The translations under genes were made by a program, and so were the position numbers. DNA of 38,446 nt from the NCBI GenBank assembly GCA_900617105.1, contig UYFQ01000697.1, positions 1-38,446 on the forward strand, in the 5' to 3' direction. The notes under the pieces are model-generated. The model was not told the DNA's origin. It made no database searches and was given only the letters and a program-made list of their open reading frames with translations. Source of the stretch: Hydrurus foetidus (taxonomy: Eukaryota). Of this stretch, positions 1-13,000 are shown piece after piece (position 1 is the first letter of the stretch; each line of letters starts with the position of its first letter).

Positions 1-1881
1 TACAATGCAATCGTCGAGGTACATCTCGCAACAGCTGTATATGAGACCGTGAAGGACCGTTGTCACCATCTGCTCTTGAAAGTAAGAGGGGGCACGACAA
101 GGGCCAAAAGGCAATCTTGTGAATTGAAACACCCCCATAAAACATATAAATGCCGTATAGATTCGGTGGGGTGTATATAAGGGAGCTTGATGGTAACCCG
201 CGGTTAAATCCATCACCCCATAAATATCCGGTTTTCGATTACCGATCCTCTCAAAGAGGTGTTTGATATTTGGTAGTGGAAAGGAGGCCGGCTCAATGCA
301 TTCATTGAGTGCGCGATAATCGATGCAGGTTCGATATGTATCGGCTGTCTTATTTACCATTACAGGATGACTGTAGTATGCAGCGTTCGACCTCTCGATC
401 ACACCATCTTCCAACATCTCTTCGATAGAAGTGCGGAGATAATGTTCCTTTTTAGAGGATTGGGGTCGCACGGGTGCGTGGTTCGATGGAACCTCCCATT
501 TCTGCCGTGGCAGGTTTATCTCAAACGGCTTGAGGTCAGCAGCTTGCGGGGCTAGCTTATCGCTGAATATATCAGCGAATTCAGAACAGAGAGTACGGAG
601 ATCCTTTTGAAGGCTTTCATCTCCTTCAAAATGGATCTGAGACAAGAAATCATCCGGCCCGTTGGGCGGTACATTCCGGCACGTCTTGTCACGCAAGAAA
701 GGTGCGAAGGTATCAGTTTTATCATCGTCAATCTCGTCAACGGAGAGTGCGACACCGCTTGGCCATATGGCTTCCACGTCATAGTCTGATGTAACAGTGT
801 CCCCAGAGGTATGTGTGAGGATGGGAATCGAGTCACCATCTAGGTGCGGGGTATCACCCGTACGTTTCGCGAGTACAGTCGAGACACTGTCCAGTCGCTG
901 ACAACCCACATCACCACATGGACTTTGGGTAGCTACTCCCTTGGTACCATCCTGGGTAACGTTACACGTGAACGTTGTATGACAATCTGACCCTACGACT
1001 TCCTTGGTTAGAGGTGCGTGCAGAATGGCCTTCTTAGGTGTTGGCATTGGGCAGAGACCGTATGGTTCTCTCCGATTCGAAAGTCTTGCTTTGGTGATAC
1101 CCTTTAACATATCGTATGTAGGTGTAATCGACTCCACTTCCGGTTCGTCGGGTATAAAACCCTCAGATATCATACGTCTGGTGTACTTGTGCCAGTGAAG
1201 TGGGTCAAGCTTGGCTATCGCTTCCCTTTCTTCAAACTCGAGCCAACGAGCATCACGCTTCCTTTTGTTCTCGGCACTAAGCTCGGGAGAAATACCAAAA
1301 GCGAAAGGTGTTAATGACATAAAATCATATTTATTTACAGTTTTTCGACTTAGTAAAAGTTCAATGTCTGTGTTCCTATTAACCCGCATCGTTAAAGGGA
1401 TGGTATGACATTCGCCGTCATAAGAATGAAATTTAAGAATTAAATCAATCATTTCGTTATTTATATAGCACTGGCCATCGAGACCAGAGCAAACAGTAAT
1501 GGGTTTAGAAGCTTTATAACAGTCATGTTTAGCATTCAACTTATCAATCATCGTGAAAGAAATAAAATCCTCGGAGTAATTGGCGGTATCGAGTACGGCC
1601 TTGCCCACAACGCGTCGTACGCTAGATTGGCGCTCCATATTCTTATCCTGTATCAAAACCGTTACGTTGAGATGATCAGAAGGTAGAATTGATGGATCAT
1701 GCAAAAATTCATCGGGAATAAATGCTGGAATGACCGATGCAGTAATGCATGATACTGAATGTTCCATGTCAGTGACATCAGATGAATCGACATCAGGATC
1801 ATATGTACCTTGTTGGTTTGCAGAGCCGTTGCTCGCGTTGTTATCCCCTTGGGGTGGGTTGTATCGACCCCCTCGAGGGTT
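1..1881 (-). CDS. pol: Gypsy Pol, partial: aspartic protease and reverse transcriptase, open to the window edge
   Basis: Hand translation (absent from the ORF track because it has no stop in the window): AVLDTANYSEDFIS (protease, ~1560-1600), then YYSHPVMVNK...YRTCIDYRALN...FPLPNI...VMDLTAGYHQ...TAF...RLPFGPCRAPSYFQ...EMYLDDCIV. The frame is bounded upstream by TAA at 1882-1884. Confidence 0.92.
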
Positions 1882-3230
1882 TTACCTTGATACCCTCTGC
1901 CACCACCTTGGTTACCCGCAGGACCGGGGTTCCCTTGGTTGCGGTTTTGGTTACTTTGGTTTCCGTAACCTTGGTTGTTGTGGTTTCCGGAACCTTGGTT
2001 TTGGTTACCTTGGTTTTGATTCCCACGGTTTCCCGAACCTTGGTTTTGGTTTCCCTGGTTTGGGTTGAACCCCTTACCTCCACCCTGGTTACCCTTGTGC
2101 TTCTTGTTATTGCACATCAAGTAAGGGGGTGCCCCTGCAGGGTGGAATCTCTCCCTGGTTTCGAACCCAGGTAGGATGAGTCTTTCCTGCCACATAACTT
2201 CACCTTGTGCCAGCCATGCCTTACCTACAAACGAATCAGACCAGTTACAGCCGTGATCGTTGTTGGTATCGGAATAGTACATGACTGTACAATCTGATAG
2301 AATATGTGCAGGGTTTCCGCATGAGCGACAAACCCGGGCAGCGGATACTAACGGTTCGTCAAGTGTCGAACGTACCGCCAGGTTGCTACTCCCACTTGGG
2401 ATATCTACATCACGGATAGCCAGTGTGCTCGCCCGCTTTTTAGTAGAGCGGGGAGGAGGGACTGCTGTACTCGGAAACGAGTAGACAATGTCAGGGTTGC
2501 CATAACTCCTGCTCATGTGAATTGCGTCGCGAGCCGCCGTGACGACCGCGATAATGCGCAGCATGGCGACTTCCCACGTCTTGGGGGACTCATTGTCACG
2601 TGCTTTATGAGCGACGTAATCACCCAAGATTCGGCTCCCTCGAGGGAGTCGTTTCTCAAGAATCGCTATCAACTCGGCATGCTGAGATGCGGTGATATGA
2701 CGGACACGTTCGTGATCCGTGGCGATCTCTTTGTACGCCATGTACGTTACTAACTCTTCCTCATCGGAGGAAAGAGAATAGTGGAAGGGGACCTTAGCAA
2801 ACAGTTCTGCTAAGGTATGATCCCCTTGTTTGTTCTTGCAAAAGTATTGCATTACCAACTTGCCAACACTCTCTATCGGAAGGAGGTTTTGCCAATTAAG
2901 GCGTTGCTCATTGGTAATAACTGCCAGTGTCGACTGATCAGTTAAGATTTTAACATGAAGCAAATCGATTGCTTGACGTTGCATGCATTGCTTAATATGC
3001 AAGTGAGGTAAGCGTTGTGCTTGCTCATAGAATTCTTCAGCATCCTGCGGAGTAATATAATCTCCCCGTAGGATGAATATCTCACGCTGGATCTGAAGCG
3101 TCTGGGGAAAACCCATGCTTGACGATTGTGAGCTTTGTGAGATGTTAAGGATGTTTCCTTCCTCATCAACCTCATGCTCGTTCTCTGGCTCATTTGGCTC
3201 AGGCTCAGGATGTAGACCCTCGTCTTCCAT
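1662..3230 (-). CDS. gag: Gypsy Gag-like protein with CCHC zinc knuckle and N/Q/G-rich tail
   Basis: 522-aa ORF with CRSCGNPAHILSDC (C-x2-C-x4-H-x4-C) and a QGNQN low-complexity tail. It lies directly upstream of and overlaps pol, which is in the -1 frame. Confidence 0.85.
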   Translation of the reverse strand: MEDEGLHPEPEPNEPENEHEVDEEGNILNISQSSQSSSMGFPQTLQIQREIFILRGDYITPQDAEEFYEQAQRLPHLHIKQCMQRQAIDLLHVKILTDQSTLAVITNEQRLNWQNLLPIESVGKLVMQYFCKNKQGDHTLAELFAKVPFHYSLSSDEEELVTYMAYKEIATDHERVRHITASQHAELIAILEKRLPRGSRILGDYVAHKARDNESPKTWEVAMLRIIAVVTAARDAIHMSRSYGNPDIVYSFPSTAVPPPRSTKKRASTLAIRDVDIPSGSSNLAVRSTLDEPLVSAARVCRSCGNPAHILSDCTVMYYSDTNNDHGCNWSDSFVGKAWLAQGEVMWQERLILPGFETRERFHPAGAPPYLMCNNKKHKGNQGGGKGFNPNQGNQNQGSGNRGNQNQGNQNQGSGNHNNQGYGNQSNQNRNQGNPGPAGNQGGGRGYQGKTLEGVDTTHPKGITTRATALQTNKVHMILMSIHLMSLTWNIQYHALLHRSFQHLFPMNFCMIHQFYLLIIST

Positions 3231-4005
3231 CTCCTATCGTAGGATGAGCAATCGATATAAATCGAGTTGTAGCGAAGCTAGGACGAGCTTTCCTCGTCAA
3301 AAAAATTTTGCGAGAGCTTCGCCTCGTTCGCGTATCGAGTACTTTACGCAAGTAACAGCGAATGAGATGATTTCAACCCACTCTTGTCGAGAAAAATTCT
3401 ATGGCGTCGAAGCCGAATTTTGGGTGATAAAAATTTTGGTGTCCTGTTAAGGATGAAGGAAGAACTTCCTGTCGACCAAAAGACGTCCTTAGACTAATCT
3501 GATGTCTCTAGCAGTGGAACCGGTGTCCAAATTGCCAGTGGAGAACTCCTTAATTTCGAGTTGGGAAGCCTCTCGCGACTTCGACCAAAAAACGAACTTT
3601 TGAAAACACCTTTCGGAGGGTTTCAAGCAGGAAGCGGCTATGCCAAACTCCTGTAAACATAAACTAAGTTTTCGGAGCTTCGGGCTCAGCGAGAAAACGA
3701 CTCCTCGGAAGTCGTGGAGTGAATATACTCCTTTGGAAGTCTATCTAAAGTTTGGGACGAGTAGATGGGTAGAAAAGAAGAGAAGGAGGATGAGCGGCAA
3801 TAGCGCTATTATGGCTCGGGATGGGAAAGGAAGAGGCGGAAGACTAGAGGAGGTAGTTAGTTACAGCTATGGTGCTAGAAGCTAGGGTTAACTTCTACGT
3901 GGAGGCTGTAAGTGGCTACGACGATACAACAGACTGTAGTGTACGGTGGGTAGTGTACCGTAGTACTATCCGGTAGGATCGGGACCTTGGACCCGGAACT
4001 ACCAC

Positions 4006-7000
4006 ACACTGCGCTGCAGACGTGATTATCGATATGAATCGACGACAGCACAGCTAGGCTATTTAGACAGTAGAATGAACAGCAAACAAGAGAATACTGT
4101 AGAGTGCGTTAGCGACTATGAACGCAACGAAGTGCATTATCGGTGTCGCGTGAAATGCAATGAAGAATGTTCCGCATGAAAGAGGGTATCCGGTTTCCGG
4201 ATGGTTAGAACGCACGTATCATCTCAGCGCCCACGCGCTCTCCAAAGAACTAGTACCAAGCGTCCGCAAGCTCCCGTTAGTTGCACCATTCTGTTCCGGT
4301 ACTCTGGTCTTGATCCGTTAAGCCGTACGTTGAGGCGATCGTATACTCACATATTATGTACATACATGTTATGTTGACATCCGCTAGAAGAAATGAATGA
4401 TAACACCGAGTTAGCATTATTTATAGATACCCTACGTTGGGTGTTGTTCAAACTATACCCGCGAGAGTTGAACCTCATCGGGCACTGAGGAGGAGTAGGT
4501 GACATCCCCCCTGTTACTAAAAAGGGTATATATGAACGGTCAAGTATCTACATGACATTGATAGGATTGGTTGGCTACGGGGTGAAATTATCTTGTGTTC
4601 TTTCGACTCAATACACTGCGATGCAGACGTGATTATCGATATGAATCGACGACAGCACAGCTAGGCTATTTAGACAGTAGAATGAACAGCAAACAAGAGA
4701 ATACTGTAGAGTGCGTTAGCGACTATGAACGCAACGAAGTGCATTATCGGTGTCGCGTGAAATGCAATGAAGAATGTTCCGCATGAAAGAGGGTATCCGG
4801 TTTCCGGATGGTTAGAACGCACGTATCATCTCAGCGCCCACGCGCTCTCCAAAGAACTAGTACCAAGCGTCCGCAAGCTCCCGTTAGTTGCACCATTCTG
4901 TTCCGGTACTCTGGTCTTGATCCGTTAAGCCGTACGTTGAGGCGATCGTATACTCACATATTATGTACATACATGTTATGTTGACATCCGCTAGAAGAAA
5001 TGAATGATAACACCGAGTTAGCATTATTTATAGATACCCTACGTTGGGTGTTGTTCAAACTATACCCCGCGAGAGTTGAACCTCATCGGGCACTGAGGAG
5101 GAGTAGGTGACATCCCCCTTGTTACTAAAAAGGGTATATATGAACGGTCAAGTATCTACATGACATTGATAGGATTGGTTGGCTACAGGGTGAAATTATC
5201 TTGTGTTCTTTCGACTCAATACACTGCGATGCAGACGTGATTATCGATATGAATCGACGACAGCACAGCTAGGCTATTTAGACAGTAGAATGAACAGCAA
5301 ACAAGAGAATACTGTAGAGTGCGTTAGCGACTATGAACGCAACGAAGTGCATTATCGGTGTCGCGTGAAATGCAATGAAGAATGTTCCGCATGAAAGAGG
5401 GTATCCGGTTTCCGGATGGTTAGAACGCACGTATCATCTCAGCGCCCACGCGCTCTCCAAAGAACTAGTACCAAGCGTCCGCAAGCTCCCGTTAGTTGCA
5501 CCATTCTGTTCCGGTACTCTGGTCTTGATCCGTTAAGCCGTACGTTGAGGCGATCGTATACTCACATATTATGTACATACATGTTATGTTGACATCCGCT
5601 AGAAGAAATGAATGATAACACCGAGTTAGCATTATTTATAGATACCCTACGTTGGGTGTTGTTCAAACTATACCCGCGAGAGTTGAACCTCATCGGGCAC
5701 TGAGGAGGAGTAGGTGACATCCCCCCTGTTACTAAAAAGGGTATATATGAACGGTCAAGTATCTACATGACATTGATAGGATTGGTTGGCTACGGGGTGA
5801 AATTATCTTGTGTTCTTTCGACTCAATACACTGCGATGCAGACGTGATTATCGATATGAATCGACGACAGCACAGCTAGGCTATTTAGACAGTAGAATGA
5901 ACAGCAAACAAGAGAATACTGTAGAGTGCGTTAGCGACTATGAACGCAACGAAGTGCATTATCGGTGTCGCGTGAAATGCAATGAAGAATGTTCCGCATG
6001 AAAGAGGGTATCCGGTTTCCGGATGGTTAGAACGCACGTATCATCTCAGCGCCCACGCGCTCTCCAAAGAACTAGTACCAAGCGTCCGCAAGCTCCCGTT
6101 AGTTGCACCATTCTGTTCCGGTACTCTGGTCTTGATCCGTTAAGCCGTACGTTGAGGCGATCGTATACTCACATATTATGTACATACATGTTATGTTGAC
6201 ATCCGCTAGAAGAAATGAATGATAACACCGAGTTAGCATTATTTATAGATACCCTACGTTGGGTGTTGTTCAAACTATACCCCGAGAGTTGAACCTCATC
6301 GGGCACTGAGGAGGAGTAGGTGACATCCCCCCCTGTTACTAAAAAGGGTATATATGAACGGTCAAGTATCTACATGACATTGATAGGATTGGTTGGCTAC
6401 GGGGTGAAATTATCTTGTGTTCTTTCGACTCAATACACTGCGATGCAGACGTGATTATCGATATGAATCGACGACAGCACAGCTAGGCTATTTAGACAGT
6501 AGAATGAACAGCAAACAAGAGAATACTGTAGAGTGCGTTAGCGACTATGAACGCAACGAAGTGCATTATCGGTGTCGCGTGAAATGCAATGAAGAATGTT
6601 CCGCATGAAAGAGGGTATCCGGTTTCCGGATGGTTAGAACGCACGTATCATCTCAGCGCCCACGCGCTCTCCAAAGAACTAGTACCAAGCGTCCGCAAGC
6701 TCCCGTTAGTTGCACCATTCTGTTCCGGTACTCTGGTCTTGATCCGTTAAGCCGTACGTTGAGGCGATCGTATACTCACATATTATGTACATACATGTTA
6801 TGTTGACATCCGCTAGAAGAAATGAATGATAACACCGAGTTAGCATTATTTATAGATACCCTACGTTGGGTGTTGTTCAAACTATACCCCGCGAGAGTTG
6901 AACCTCATCGGGCACTGAGGAGGAGTAGGTGACATCCCCCCTGTTACTAAAAAGGGTATATATGAACGGTCAAGTATCTACATGACATTGATAGGATTGG

Positions 7001-10000
7001 TTGGCTACGGGTGAAATTATCTTGTGTTCTTTCGACTCAATACACTGCGATGCAGACGTGATTATCGATATGAATCGACGACAGCACAGCTAGGCTATTT
7101 AGACAGTAGAATGAACAGCAAACAAGAGAATACTGTAGAGTGCGTTAGCGACTATGAACGCAACGAAGTGCATTATCGGTGTCGCGTGAAATGCAATGAA
7201 GAATGTTCCGCATGAAAGAGGGTATCCGGTTTCCGGATGGTTAGAACGCACGTATCATCTCAGCGCCCACGCGCTCTCCAAAGAACTAGTACCAAGCGTC
7301 CGCAAGCTCCCGTTAGTTGCACCATTCTGTTCCGGTACTCTGGTCTTGATCCGTTAAGCCGTACGTTGAGGCGATCGTATACTCACATATTATGTACATA
7401 CATGTTATGTTGACATCCGCTAGAAGAAATGAATGATAACACCGAGTTAGCATTATTTATAGATACCCTACGTTGGGTGTTGTTCAAACTATACCCCGCG
7501 AGAGTTGAACCTCATCGGGCACTGAGGAGGAGTAGGTGACATCCCCCCTGTTACTAAAAAGGGTATATATGAACGGTCAAGTATCTACATGACATTGATA
7601 GGATTGGTTGGCTACGGGGTGAAATTATCTTGTGTTCTTTCGACTCAATACACTGCGATGCAGACGTGATTATCGATATGAATCGACGACAGCACAGCTA
7701 GGCTATTTAGACAGTAGAATGAACAGCAAACAAGAGAATACTGTAGAGTGCGTTAGCGACTATGAACGCAACGAAGTGCATGCGGTGTCGCGTGAAATGC
7801 AATGAAGAATGTTCCGCATGAAAGAGGGTATCCGGTTTCCGGATGGTTAGAACGCACGTATCATCTCAGCGCCCACGCGCTCTCCAAAGAACTAGTACCA
7901 AGCGTCCGCAAGCTCCCGTTAGTTGCACCATTCTGTTCCGGTACTCTGGTCTTGATCCGTTAAGCCGTACGTTGAGGCGATCGTATACTCACATATTATG
8001 TACATACATGTTATGTTGACATCCGCTAGAAGAAATGAATGATAACACCGAGTTAGCATTATTTATAGATACCCTACGTTGGGTGTTGTTCAAACTATAC
8101 CCCGCGAGAGTTGAACCTCATCGGGCACTGAGGAGGAGTAGGTGACATCCCCCCTGTTACTAAAAAGGGTATATATGAACGGTCAAGTATCTACATGACA
8201 TTGATAGGATTGGTTGGCTACGGGGTGAAATTATCTTGTGTTCTTTCGACTCAATACACTGCGATGCAGACGTGATTATCGATATGAATCGACGACAGCA
8301 CAGCTAGGCTATTTAGACAGTAGAATGAACAGCAAACAAGAGAATACTGTAGAGTGCGTTAGCGACTATGAACGCAACGAAGTGCATTATCGGTGTCGCG
8401 TGAAATGCAATGAAGAATGTTCCGCATGAAAGAGGGTATCCGGTTTCCGGATGGTTAGAACGCACGTATCATCTCAGCGCCCACGCGCTCTCCAAAGAAC
8501 TAGTACCAAGCGTCCGCAAGCTCCCGTTAGTTGCACCATTCTGTTCCGGTACTCTGGTCTTGATCCGTTAAGCCGTACGTTGAGGCGATCGTATACTCAC
8601 ATATTATGTACATACATGTTATGTTGACATCCGCTAGAAGAAATGAATGATAACACCGAGTTAGCATTATTTATAGATACCCTACGTTGGGTGTTGTTCA
8701 AACTATACCCCGAGAGTTGAACCTCATCGGGCACTGAGGAGGAGTAGGTGACATCCCCCCTGTTACTAAAAAGGGTATATATGAACGGTCAAGTATCTAC
8801 ATGACATTGATAGGATTGGTTGGCTACGGGGTGAAATTATCTTGTGTTCTTTCGACTCAATACACTGCGATGCAGACGTGATTATCGATATGAATCGACG
8901 ACAGCACAGCTAGGCTATTTAGACAGTAGAATGAACAGCAAACAAGAGAATACTGTAGAGTGCGTTAGCGACTATGAACGCAACGAAGTGCATTATCGGT
9001 GTCGCGTGAAATGCAATGAAGAATGTTCCGCATGAAAGAGGGTATCCGGTTTCCGGATGGTTAGAACGCACGTATCATCTCAGCGCCCACGCGCTCTCCA
9101 AAGAACTAGTACCAAGCGTCCGCAAGCTCCCGTTAGTTGCACCATTCTGTTCCGGTACTCTGGTCTTGATCCGTTAAGCCGTACGTTGAGGCGATCGTAT
9201 ACTCACATATTATGTACATACATGTTATGTTGACATCCGCTAGAAGAAATGAATGATAACACCGAGTTAGCATTATTTATAGATACCCTACGTTGGGTGT
9301 TGTTCAAACTATACCCCGCGAGAGTTGAACCTCATCGGGCACTGAGGAGGAGTAGGTGACATCCCCCCCTGTTACTAAAAAGGGTATATATGAACGGTCA
9401 AGTATCTACATGACATTGATAGGATTGGTTGGCTACGGGGTGAAATTATCTTGTGTTCTTTCGACTCAATACACTGCGATGCAGACGTGATTATCGATAT
9501 GAATCGACGACAGCACAGCTAGGCTATTTAGACAGTAGAATGAACAGCAAACAAGAGAATACTGTAGAGTGCGTTAGCGACTATGAACGCAACGAAGTGC
9601 ATTATCGGTGTCGCGTGAAATGCAATGAAGAATGTTCCGCATGAAAGAGGGTATCCGGTTTCCGGATGGTTAGAACGCACGTATCATCTCAGCGCCCACG
9701 CGCTCTCCAAAGAACTAGTACCAAGCGTCCGCAAGCTCCCGTTAGTTGCACCATTCTGTTCCGGTACTCTGGTCTTGATCCGTTAAGCCGTACGTTGAGG
9801 CGATCGTATACTCACATATTATGTACATACATGTTATGTTGACATCCGCTAGAAGAAATGAATGATAACACCGAGTTAGCATTATTTATAGATACCCTAC
9901 GTTGGGTGTTGTTCAAACTATACCCGCGAGAGTTGAACCTCATCGGGCACTGAGGAGGAGTAGGTGACATCCCCCCTGTTACTAAAAAGGGTATATATGA

Positions 10001-13000
10001 ACGGTCAAGTATCTACATGACATTGATAGGATTGGTTGGCTACGGGGTGAAATTATCTTGTGTTCTTTCGACTCAATACACTGCGATGCAGACGTGATTA
10101 TCGATATGAATCGACGACAGCACAGCTAGGCTATTTAGACAGTAGAATGAACAGCAAACAAGAGAATACTGTAGAGTGCGTTAGCGACTATGAACGCAAC
10201 GAAGTGCATTATCGGTGTCGCGTGAAATGCAATGAAGAATGTTCCGCATGAAAGAGGGTATCCGGTTTCCGGATGGTTAGAACGCACGTATCATCTCAGC
10301 GCCCACGCGCTCTCCAAAGAACTAGTACCAAGCGTCCGCAAGCTCCCGTTAGTTGCACCATTCTGTTCCGGTACTCTGGTCTTGATCCGTTAAGCCGTAC
10401 GTTGAGGCGATCGTATACTCACATATTATGTACATACATGTTATGTTGACATCCGCTAGAAGAAATGAATGATAACACCGAGTTAGCATTATTTATAGAT
10501 ACCCTACGTTGGGTGTTGTTCAAACTATACCCCGCGAGAGTTGAACCTCATCGGGCACTGAGGAGGAGTAGGTGACATCCCCCCTGTTACTAAAAAGGGT
10601 ATATATGAACGGTCAAGTATCTACATGACATTGATAGGATTGGTTGGCTACGGGGTGAAATTATCTTGTGTTCTTTCGACTCAATACACTGCGATGCAGA
10701 CGTGATTATCGATATGAATCGACGACAGCACAGCTAGGCTATTTAGACAGTAGAATGAACAGCAAACAAGAGAATACTGTAGAGTGCGTTAGCGACTATG
10801 AACGCAACGAAGTGCATTATCGGTGTCGCGTGAAATGCAATGAAGAATGTTCCGCATGAAAGAGGGTATCCGGTTTCCGGATGGTTAGAACGCACGTATC
10901 ATCTCAGCGCCCACGCGCTCTCCAAAGAACTAGTACCAAGCGTCCGCAAGCTCCCGTTAGTTGCACCATTCTGTTCCGGTACTCTGGTCTTGATCCGTTA
11001 AGCCGTACGTTGAGGCGATCGTATACTCACATATTATGTACATACATGTTATGTTGACATCCGCTAGAAGAAATGAATGATAACACCGAGTTAGCATTAT
11101 TTATAGATACCCTACGTTGGGTGTTGTTCAAACTATACCCCGCGAGAGTTGAACCTCATCGGGCACTGAGGAGGAGTAGGTGACATCCCCCCTGTTACTA
11201 AAAAGGGTATATATGAACGGTCAAGTATCTACATGACATTGATAGGATTGGTTGGCTACGGGGTGAAATTATCTTGTGTTCTTTCGACTCAATACACTGC
11301 GATGCAGACGTGATTATCGATATGAATCGACGACAGCACAGCTAGGCTATTTAGACAGTAGAATGAACAGCAAACAAGAGAATACTGTAGAGTGCGTTAG
11401 CGACTATGAACGCAACGAAGTGCATTATCGGTGTCGCGTGAAATGCAATGAAGAATGTTCCGCATGAAAGAGGGTATCCGGTTTCCGGATGGTTAGAACG
11501 CACGTATCATCTCAGCGCCCACGCGCTCTCCAAAGAACTAGTACCAAGCGTCCGCAAGCTCCCGTTAGTTGCACCATTCTGTTCCGGTACTCTGGTCTTG
11601 ATCCGTTAAGCCGTACGTTGAGGCGATCGTATACTCACATATTATGTACATACATGTTATGTTGACATCCGCTAGAAGAAATGAATGATAACACCGAGTT
11701 AGCATTATTTATAGATACCCTACGTTGGGTGTTGTTCAAACTATACCCCGCGAGAGTTGAACCTCATCGGGCACTGAGGAGGAGTAGGTGACATCCCCCC
11801 TGTTACTAAAAAGGGTATATATGAACGGTCAAGTATCTACATGACATTGATAGGATTGGTTGGCTACGGGGTGAAATTATCTTGTGTTCTTTCGACTCAA
11901 TACACTGCGATGCAGACGTGATTATCGATATGAATCGACGACAGCACAGCTAGGCTATTTAGACAGTAGAATGAACAGCAAACAAGAGAATACTGTAGAG
12001 TGCGTTAGCGACTATGAACGCAACGAAGTGCATTATCGGTGTCGCGTGAAATGCAATGAAGAATGTTCCGCATGAAAGAGGGTATCCGGTTTCCGGATGG
12101 TTAGAACGCACGTATCATCTCAGCGCCCACGCGCTCTCCAAAGAACTAGTACCAAGCGTCCGCAAGCTCCCGTTAGTTGCACCATTCTGTTCCGGTACTC
12201 TGGTCTTGATCCGTTAAGCCGTACGTTGAGGCGATCGTATACTCACATATTATGTACATACATGTTATGTTGACATCCGCTAGAAGAAATGAATGATAAC
12301 ACCGAGTTAGCATTATTTATAGATACCCTACGTTGGGTGTTGTTCAAACTATACCCCGCGAGAGTTGAACCTCATCGGGCACTGAGGAGGAGTAGGTGAC
12401 ATCCCCCCTGTTACTAAAAAGGGTATATATGAACGGTCAAGTATCTACATGACATTGATAGGATTGGTTGGCTACGGGGTGAAATTATCTTGTGTTCTTT
12501 CGACTCAATACACTGCGATGCAGACGTGATTATCGATATGAATCGACGACAGCACAGCTAGGCTATTTAGACAGTAGAATGAACAGCAAACAAGAGAATA
12601 CTGTAGAGTGCGTTAGCGACTATGAACGCAACGAAGTGCATTATCGGTGTCGCGTGAAATGCAATGAAGAATGTTCCGCATGAAAGAGGGTATCCGGTTT
12701 CCGGATGGTTAGAACGCACGTATCATCTCAGCGCCCACGCGCTCTCCAAAGAACTAGTACCAAGCGTCCGCAAGCTCCCGTTAGTTGCACCATTCTGTTC
12801 CGGTACTCTGGTCTTGATCCGTTAAGCCGTACGTTGAGGCGATCGTATACTCACATATTATGTACATACATGTTATGTTGACATCCGCTAGAAGAAATGA
12901 ATGATAACACCGAGTTAGCATTATTTATAGATACCCTACGTTGGGTGTTGTTCAAACTATACCCCGCGAGAGTTGAACCTCATCGGGCACTGAGGAGGAG

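Larger units (their letters stand above)
1..4005 (-). mobile_element. Ty3/Gypsy LTR retrotransposon, 5' part (gag-PR-RT); continues off the left edge; its own 5' LTR/PBS not identified
   Basis: Minus-strand gag with zinc knuckle followed by protease and Gypsy-type RT in the order PR-RT. The upstream limit is set only by the start of the 608-bp array. Confidence 0.88.

Noticed and set aside
367..3885. Short plus-strand and alternate-frame ORFs over the Gypsy element, and similar ones over the other elements
   Set aside because: Shadows of the real gag/pol/transposase frames, with no motifs of their own.
3988..4003. TGGTAGTTCCGGG (minus strand) as the Gypsy PBS directly after the array
   Set aside because: It is not preceded by a CA LTR end (the last unit lacks its terminal ~100 bp) and I cannot match it to a tRNA 3' end.
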